A DNA stretch of 64,000 nucleotides from an uncultured Bacteroidales bacterium. Its GTDB lineage: Bacteria; Bacteroidota; Bacteroidia; Bacteroidales; JAAYJT01. Positions 57,693 through 64,000 of this stretch are shown in pieces; position 1 is the first letter of the stretch, and each line of letters opens with the position of its first letter. Position numbers and translations under genes: made by a program. Below the pieces are notes generated by a model. It worked only from the letters and a program-made list of their open reading frames with translations, was not told where the DNA came from and searched no databases. The stretch is taken from NCBI GenBank assembly GCA_964349765.1, contig CAYGGZ010000005.1, forward strand, positions 15,918 to 79,917. The letters run 5' to 3'.

Positions 57693-59069
57693 TTAGAAAA
57701 TTCGTACATTGAGTGTTTCGCCGGGTTTGATACTAAACCGGCGTTCGATAGTAAAAATTGAGCGTTCGCTCATACGCGAACGGAATACAATTACATAGCT
57801 ACCCGGCAACAGAACAAGAGTTTCATTAAGGAGCGAATCTCTCAGATCGCAAACCCATACGAAATCTTCTTCGGTTATCATATAAAGGCTACCGAATCCA
57901 GAAACAGATTTATTGATTACCGCTATTCCTGGTTGTGGAATTTCAACCTTTGTAATCTCGCTTTGTGTTATTGCTATGTTCGGCATTTTGATGCGAGGCA
58001 ATGATAGCACCTCTATGTCGTAAAGGCCGGTAAGGTAGCGTTTTTGTTCACCAATTGTTTGAACGTAAAGAATTTCAGGATTTTGCGATTGTTTTACAAT
58101 TACCGGTATGGATCGCAACAAACGGTCACTTCCCGTAACACTAAGCAGTAAACTGCCTTGGGGTGCGTTAAGCGTTACGGTGTTATGTTTTTGCGGTTCG
58201 AACACAATACTATCTATTCCAACAGGAGGAGTAGTATGCACTACAAGTCTGTAAGGGATCAGAGGATCTAACCATAGTGTGTCGGGAAGTTTTTTGTGGT
58301 TTAGAGTGTGAATGAAATTTTTTAACACTTGTCCGGTTTCTCGATGGAAAAAAGTCATGTTCACGTTAGTTTCGGTTGGGTTTCCGAAGGTATCGAGCAG
58401 GTTTACTGTTAAAGTTGATTTACCCAGAGCTCTCGAAATCACTTCTTTGAGTGAAGCGTTGAAAGCATGCTCATCAGATGCATCGAAATATTCGCCTACA
58501 CACTCAAAGGAAGCTCTAACATCGCGGCCGATTCCGATAACAAAAGGACGAAGAAAGACGCCCTTTCGTTGCAGGGCTTGCGATACTGCACATGGATCGC
58601 CGTCGCACTCCTCAATACCATCAGTTATGAGAATTACGATGTTGCGGCAGTTATCGCAAGGAGGGAAATCGTTGGCTGCTTCGAGCAACGAATGTGCAAT
58701 AGGAGTAGTGCCACGGGGAACGAGATTCCTGATTTTATTTTTTATTAGGTTTATGTTGTCGGGTGCAAATGGTATTTCAAGCCGGGTATCGGAGCAATTA
58801 GGCGGAGGGTAGTTGTATTGATGGCCAAACACACGAAGAGCAATTTCTATGTTTTCAACGCTTTTCAAGCTATCCAGGAAATTAAGCATTAGTCGCTTTG
58901 CGATGTTCATTTTTGTATCACCCTGCCAGCGGCCATACATGCTTTGCGATGCATCGAATATGAAGAGAAAACGTGTGAGGGGAGGTTCGGAGTTGTAATA
59001 CCTGTTTTTTGCGCCTGCTGGCTGAACAAGAAAGAGTAACAAAATGGCGCAGAGAGTAATCTTTATCAT
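57693..59069 (-). CDS. secreted von Willebrand factor A (VWA) domain protein
   Basis: From the internal Met: MIKITLCAILLLFLVQPAGA (signal peptide). MIDAS FIFDASQSM (DxSxS), then ILITDGIEECDGDPC. Has a long beta-rich C-terminal extension. Confidence 0.75.
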   Translation of the reverse strand: MIKITLCAILLLFLVQPAGAKNRYYNSEPPLTRFLFIFDASQSMYGRWQGDTKMNIAKRLMLNFLDSLKSVENIEIALRVFGHQYNYPPPNCSDTRLEIPFAPDNINLIKNKIRNLVPRGTTPIAHSLLEAANDFPPCDNCRNIVILITDGIEECDGDPCAVSQALQRKGVFLRPFVIGIGRDVRASFECVGEYFDASDEHAFNASLKEVISRALGKSTLTVNLLDTFGNPTETNVNMTFFHRETGQVLKNFIHTLNHKKLPDTLWLDPLIPYRLVVHTTPPVGIDSIVFEPQKHNTVTLNAPQGSLLLSVTGSDRLLRSIPVIVKQSQNPEILYVQTIGEQKRYLTGLYDIEVLSLPRIKMPNIAITQSEITKVEIPQPGIAVINKSVSGFGSLYMITEEDFVWVCDLRDSLLNETLVLLPGSYVIVFRSRMSERSIFTIERRFSIKPGETLNVRIF

Positions 59070-59073
59070 TCTT

Positions 59074-59919
59074 TCAGAAATCCGACAAAGTTTCAGGTAA
59101 CTGGGAAATAGCCCGTTCGAATTGTTCATCATTGGGCGGTGAGCCGTGCCACCGGTGATCGTTTTCCATAAAATCAACACCTTTACCCATTATTGTGTGC
59201 ATAACCACAACAACCGGTTTTTTCTTAAAAGCCAGACATTTAGCTTCATTGAGATGCTGAAGCAACATTGACATATTATTACCAGCGGTTTCGAGTACAG
59301 TCCATCCAAAGGCTTCCCATTTGTTTTTCAGGTTTCCCAGTGATAGTACAGTTTCAACGGGGCCATCAATTTGCTGCCCGTTGTAGTCAACTATTGCAAT
59401 AATATTGTCGATCATGCGGGCATGCGCAAACATTGCTGCTTCCCATACCTGTCCTTCCTGCAGTTCTCCGTCGCCAAGCAGGCAATAGACGAGATGAGGA
59501 TCGGAATTTCGTTTTTTTGCCAACGCAGAGCCAATTGCAACTGAAAGTCCTTGTCCCAGTGAGCCTGATGCCACTCTGATACCGGGCAGTCCTTCACAGG
59601 TAGCTGGATGCCCCTGAAGCCGGCTGTCGAGCATACGGAAGGTTGACAATTCGCTTACAGGAAAGTATCCGCTTCTTGCCAATGCGCTGTACCATGCAGC
59701 ACAAACATGACCATTACTCAGGAAGAACAGGTCCTGATCTTTGCCATCCATATCAAAAGGTACAGGCTGATGGTTCAAAATGTTGAAATAGAGCGCTGCA
59801 AATAAATCAGCGCATCCAAGCGCGCCGCCAGGATGGCCTGAACGGGCAAGGTAAACCATACGCAAAGCATCTCTTCTTATCTGTGCAGCAACCTGCTCAA
59901 GTTCGATCAACGACAACAT
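59074..59919 (-). CDS. transketolase, N-terminal (thiamine diphosphate-binding) subunit
   Basis: 281 aa; SGHPGGALG, LSNGH and LLGDGELQEGQVWEA motifs. Confidence 0.9.
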   Translation of the reverse strand: MLSLIELEQVAAQIRRDALRMVYLARSGHPGGALGCADLFAALYFNILNHQPVPFDMDGKDQDLFFLSNGHVCAAWYSALARSGYFPVSELSTFRMLDSRLQGHPATCEGLPGIRVASGSLGQGLSVAIGSALAKKRNSDPHLVYCLLGDGELQEGQVWEAAMFAHARMIDNIIAIVDYNGQQIDGPVETVLSLGNLKNKWEAFGWTVLETAGNNMSMLLQHLNEAKCLAFKKKPVVVVMHTIMGKGVDFMENDHRWHGSPPNDEQFERAISQLPETLSDF

Positions 59920-60078
59920 AGGTTATAATTTCAGAATCATTTCGAAAAGTGCCAAAGGTAGAAATTTTAGGATTGAATTTGTTTGGGTTTTTGATTTTTT
60001 CAGATCACGCAAAGCAACTTTGGCATACTTTTGAACAAAAATTCCGGCATCTCACTTAGCTAAAATTTTCTAACTTGT

Positions 60079-63033
60079 ATGAAGAGCAAACCGTTTCTTG
60101 TGATCCTGTTTCCAGCACTTATCCTTTTATTCTCGTTCGCTTCTCAACCGCATGTAAATGAGTACGAAACCAATAGTTCGGAGAGCCACTGGATAGATTC
60201 GATAATCAGCTCACTTCCTCTCGAGGAGCAGGTTGCGCAACTCTTTATGATCCGGTCGTACAGCAACCGCGGAGAGCGTTACGCTGATTCAATTGAATCT
60301 GTTATTGAGCGATATAATGTTGGTGGGGTGATTTTTTTTCGAGGCACACCTGTTTCACAGGCAGCCATGACAAACCATTTTCAGTCGGTAGCAAGAACAC
60401 CATTGCTTATAGCAATGGACGCCGAGTGGGGACCATCAATGAGGCTCGATAGCCTTGTGGTATTTCCCAGGCAGATGGCTCTTGGCGCCATCGGCGATGA
60501 TTCATTGATCTACAGGCTTGGACTTGAAGTCGGCCGTCAGCTACGACGGTTAGGGGTACACATGAATTTTGCACCTGTTGCCGATGTAAACAATAATCCT
60601 GCAAACCCTGTTATCAACAGCCGCTCGTTTGGCGAAAACAGACAAATGGTAGCTGTAAAGTCACTGGCCTATAAGGGTGGCTTACAGGAAGCGGGAATAA
60701 TTGCAGTAGCCAAGCACTTCCCAGGTCATGGCGATACCGATACCGATTCGCATTTTGCGTTGCCAATAATAAAAAAACCGAGAGCGGAATTGGATTCCAT
60801 TCATCTATCGCCATTCAGGATGCTGATTGATAGTGGAATAGCTGGAATCATGACTGCACATCTGCATATTCCTTCACTGGATCCAAACCCCCTGTCAATA
60901 TCAAGCGTTTCACCGGCTATTGTAAACGATCTGCTTTACAACCAAATGGGTTTTCGCGGGCTGGTGATTACCGATGCACTGGAGATGAAAGGGCTTGCTG
61001 ACCATATTCATCACGATTCGGTCGAGATAAAGGCATTGCAGGCAGGCAACGACATTCTTATTCTTCCCGAAAACCTTCCACGGGCTATACGTAATGTCAG
61101 CCATGCTGTTAATGCAGGAATAATTTCAAAAGACCAAATCGAAACAAAGCTCAGGAAAGTACTGCAGGCCAAATACCGCAGCGGGCTTGCATATTTACAA
61201 CCTGTTGCAACAGAAAACCTTACTGCTGAATTAAATTTGCCTGTTGCAACTCTTTTACACCGGCAGCTTATTGCCGCATCGCTTACGGTTTTGAATAACC
61301 AAGGCAATATATTGCCTTTGAGAAGACCCGACACGCTACGGCTGGCAGCCGTTATGATGAATACTTCGCCCCGAAGAATTTTTAACGACCGTTTAAACGA
61401 CTATTTCCCTGTTACTACGTTCCATCTTCCGGCGCGATTCTCAAAGCAGCTTGCAGACAGCCTGTTGCAACAACTTGCAGATTTTGACCTTGTTATTTCA
61501 GTGATGGGTGGTGTAAGCCAAAACCCGCAGGGATCGTATGGGGTTGGGAGTGCAGTAAGCCAATGGTTCGCACAACTCAGCCAACAATCTCAGGTTATTT
61601 TATTGTGGCCTGGCAACCCGTATGGGTTAGGTGCATTAAACAATTCAGGCAGCCTGCCTGCTATCATGGTAGGATATCACGACAACAATCTGACTATCGA
61701 TTTGATGGTGCAGGCCTTGTTTGGCGCCATTCCTGTGAGTGGGCGCCTGCCTGTTTCAATTTCACCCGATTTTAATTACGGCGATGGTAGTTGCCTTCTC
61801 TCGCTGGGGCGTCTGCGCTTTTCCATACCCGAAGAGGCGGGAATACAATCCAATCTGTTGCTCAGAGCCGACTCTATCGCACTCGAAGCCATCCGGCAAC
61901 AGGCCTTTCCGGGTTGCAGGATTATGGCGGTGGTAGACGGTAAGGTTATTTATGATAAATCTTTTGGTTCGCACACGTACAATAATTCACGGCCAGTGCA
62001 ACACCATGACCTGTACGACATTGCATCGCTCACTAAAATTTTAGCTGCTACCCCTGCATTGATTCATCTTTATTACTACGGCAAAGTGGATATTGACCGA
62101 CGTGTTTCTTATTATCTACATGAGCTAAAAGACACAAATAAAAAACACATGGTAATCCGCGACGTTCTTGCACATCAGGCACGACTCAGGGGCTGGATTC
62201 CATTTTTTCAATACACCATTAAGGATAACAAACGTAACGATACACTCTACAGCCCTGTAAAAACTCCTATCCACTCATTGCAAGTAAGTACTAATCTTTT
62301 CATTGATGAACGATACCGCAGAATTATTTTCGACACCATTGCCTCTTCACCGCTTCTCAAACGCCATCGGTACCTCTACAGCGATTTAGGTTTTTACTGG
62401 ATGGCACAGATAATCGAAAGAACTACAAACCAACCTTTCGACAGCTTTCTCGATTCGCTATTTTATAAGCCCCTCGGATTGCACCGCACATTGTTCAACC
62501 CTATTGAGAAATTAGCCCTTGGCGAAATTGTACCTACCGAGATGGATACCATATTCAGAAAGGAATTGATACATGGTTTTGTTCATGATCCTGGAGCTGC
62601 AATGCTTGGGGGAGTTTCCGGACATGCCGGACTTTTTTCAAATGCTACCGGAGTGGCTGTTTTCATGCAGATGCTGATGAACGGAGGCAATTATGGCGGC
62701 ATGTCGTTTCTCGATAAAAACTCTCTGAATCAATTTACAATGCATCAATTTCCGCTAAACAACAACCGGCGTGGGTTGGGCTTCGATAAGCCTCCGGTTA
62801 CGGCTTCAAACGATTCGCCCGTGGCAATTTCAGCAAGCAGAAGGAGTTTCGGTCATTCAGGATTCACCGGAACTTACACATGGGCTGATCCTGATGTGGG
62901 CTTAGTTTATGTTTTTCTTTCGAACCGAATTTACCCTTACGCTTCCAACAATAAAATAAACCAGCTGAATGTGCGTACAGGAATTCACCAGGTATTTTAT
63001 GACGCCATACGGCAAAGCAGAAATAACATCTGA
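60079..63033 (+). CDS. glycoside hydrolase family 3 (NagZ-like) - serine hydrolase (class C beta-lactamase/PBP4*-like) fusion protein
   Basis: Signal peptide. GH3 N-terminal domain with KHFPGHGDTDTDSH and VITDALEM. C-terminal ~380 aa with YDIASLTKIL (SxxK), YSDLGF (YxN-like) and GHSGFTG (KTG-like region). Confidence 0.85.
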   Translation: MKSKPFLVILFPALILLFSFASQPHVNEYETNSSESHWIDSIISSLPLEEQVAQLFMIRSYSNRGERYADSIESVIERYNVGGVIFFRGTPVSQAAMTNHFQSVARTPLLIAMDAEWGPSMRLDSLVVFPRQMALGAIGDDSLIYRLGLEVGRQLRRLGVHMNFAPVADVNNNPANPVINSRSFGENRQMVAVKSLAYKGGLQEAGIIAVAKHFPGHGDTDTDSHFALPIIKKPRAELDSIHLSPFRMLIDSGIAGIMTAHLHIPSLDPNPLSISSVSPAIVNDLLYNQMGFRGLVITDALEMKGLADHIHHDSVEIKALQAGNDILILPENLPRAIRNVSHAVNAGIISKDQIETKLRKVLQAKYRSGLAYLQPVATENLTAELNLPVATLLHRQLIAASLTVLNNQGNILPLRRPDTLRLAAVMMNTSPRRIFNDRLNDYFPVTTFHLPARFSKQLADSLLQQLADFDLVISVMGGVSQNPQGSYGVGSAVSQWFAQLSQQSQVILLWPGNPYGLGALNNSGSLPAIMVGYHDNNLTIDLMVQALFGAIPVSGRLPVSISPDFNYGDGSCLLSLGRLRFSIPEEAGIQSNLLLRADSIALEAIRQQAFPGCRIMAVVDGKVIYDKSFGSHTYNNSRPVQHHDLYDIASLTKILAATPALIHLYYYGKVDIDRRVSYYLHELKDTNKKHMVIRDVLAHQARLRGWIPFFQYTIKDNKRNDTLYSPVKTPIHSLQVSTNLFIDERYRRIIFDTIASSPLLKRHRYLYSDLGFYWMAQIIERTTNQPFDSFLDSLFYKPLGLHRTLFNPIEKLALGEIVPTEMDTIFRKELIHGFVHDPGAAMLGGVSGHAGLFSNATGVAVFMQMLMNGGNYGGMSFLDKNSLNQFTMHQFPLNNNRRGLGFDKPPVTASNDSPVAISASRRSFGHSGFTGTYTWADPDVGLVYVFLSNRIYPYASNNKINQLNVRTGIHQVFYDAIRQSRNNI

Positions 63034-63133
63034 TGAATACATCTCTCCTTGCCGTAGAGGCTGATAATTAAGGATATAGTGCTGATTGCAGACTTTAAGA
63101 ATGTTTGTATCTTTGCCGCTTCAAAATAAGCCC

Positions 63134-63215
63134 GCGGACGTGGCGTAATTGGTAGCCGCGCCAGACTTAGGATCTGGTGCCGAGAGGCGTGGGGGTTCGA
63201 GTCCCTTCGTCCGCA
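63134..63215 (+). tRNA. tRNA-Leu (anticodon UAG), long variable arm
   Basis: Acceptor stem GCGGACG/CGTCCGC with discriminator A; anticodon stem CCAGA/TCTGG with loop CTTAGGA; T-loop GGTTCGAGTCC. No encoded CCA. Confidence 0.85.
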
Positions 63216-63248
63216 CAAACTCAATATTTTGAATATTTATTATATCCG

Positions 63249-64000
63249 ATGAACGTAACTAAAGAAACCACAGGCGAACTCACTGCGATACTAAAGGTTG
63301 AGATCGCAAAAGAGGACTATGAAGAAAAGGTCAACACACAATTAAAAGACTACATGCGGCGAGCTGCTATTCCAGGGTTTCGCCCCGGAAAGGCTCCTAT
63401 GGGTCATATAAAAAGACTCTATGGGCAAGCTGTTACAGCCGAAGAAATTAATAAGCTGGTATCTAACGAGATAAATCGCTACATAGAGGAAAACAAAATA
63501 AAATTGATCGGACATCCGCTGCCAAATCACGAACATTCCACCGGCATTAATCACGATGATTCGGGAAATATGACCTTTGCTTTCGATGTTGCTTTCTTTC
63601 CGGAATTTGAACTTACATTAGATGATTCAATCGAGGTAGAGTATTGTACGATCAAGGTAGAAGAAGAAGACATAAACAACGAGATAGTAAAGTTGCGCAG
63701 CAGTTTCGGTGAACATACCTACCCTGATGAATCTTCAGAGGAGGATTATCTCGACGGTCATTTTGCAGAACTCGACGGAAATGGAAAACCGAAAAAAGGA
63801 GGCATTCATCATAATGGATTCTTCCGACCCTCAATGATTTTAGACTCCACGGAACGGGAACGCTTTATAAATCGTACAAAAGGCGAAACTATTACTTTCG
63901 ATCTGCGCCGATGCTTCCCAAACGATGGCGATATTGCGAGAATTCTGCGCCTGTCAGCCGCAAAAGCCGCTGAGGCAAGCGGAACGTTCAGCTTCAAAAT
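63249..64000 (+). CDS. tig: trigger factor, N-terminal ~250 aa (runs off window)
   Basis: My own translation from ATG 63249 reads MNVTKETTGELTAILKVEIAKEDYEEKVNTQLKDYMRRAAIPGFRPGKAPMGHIKRLYGQAVTAEEINKLVS..., with the GFRPGK(A/V)P signature. No stop occurs before the window end, so it is absent from the ORF track. Confidence 0.85.
   Translation, partial: MNVTKETTGELTAILKVEIAKEDYEEKVNTQLKDYMRRAAIPGFRPGKAPMGHIKRLYGQAVTAEEINKLVSNEINRYIEENKIKLIGHPLPNHEHSTGINHDDSGNMTFAFDVAFFPEFELTLDDSIEVEYCTIKVEEEDINNEIVKLRSSFGEHTYPDESSEEDYLDGHFAELDGNGKPKKGGIHHNGFFRPSMILDSTERERFINRTKGETITFDLRRCFPNDGDIARILRLSAAKAAEASGTFSFK

Overview
This 64-kb window looks like a chromosomal segment from a Bacteroidota-type bacterium. 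Supporting signs are a T9SS-type C-terminal sorting tail, TAnnTTTG-like -7 boxes, a short (~287 aa) primary sigma factor, split transketolase genes and KilA-N/four-helix-bundle genes inside a Type I R-M locus. About 50 kb is ordinary housekeeping: guaB (partial), two M16 peptidases, yebC, ackA, rnpA-yidD, ctp, cdd, panCD, radA, a molybdenum-cofactor cluster (moeA-moaA-moaC-MOSC/mog), bfr, rpsO-pnp, rpoD, rpe, RNA methyltransferases, tRNA-Leu(UAG) and tig (partial). The one clearly accessory region is a ~13-kb island (about 42.4-55.6 kb) between two RNA methyltransferase genes, with G-poor ORF-free DNA at both borders. It carries a Type I restriction-modification system (half-size hsdS, hsdM, full hsdS, hsdR, ygjP-like HExxH protein). 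Passenger genes interrupt it: two four-helix-bundle (23S rRNA IVS protein family) genes, a KilA-N gene, and a three-gene module (HAD-type phosphatase, DUF2188, AlbA_2/Schlafen-like ATPase-like protein). The most unusual signal is at the DNA level. Both four-helix-bundle genes sit inside imperfect inverted repeats built from short-period GAGATAT/GAGAATT-type low-complexity sequence. Recognisable copies of the same repeat ends also occur in three other places: in frame inside hsdM (a stop-less decayed copy adding ~55 codons), bracketing the second target-recognition domain of hsdS, and around an ORF-free ~370-bp segment upstream of hsdR. One repeat arm is a 5.4-copy CATATCT heptamer array that ends in the hsdM start codon. 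Other points of interest: an ars operon whose ACR3 arsenite pump is visibly decayed; a ~70-100 nt hairpin-forming intergenic repeat family (3 copies plus a related patch); a secreted protein with NDIPFDT repeats; and a VWA gene splitting the two transketolase halves. No CRISPR array, rRNA, integrase or transposase was found.
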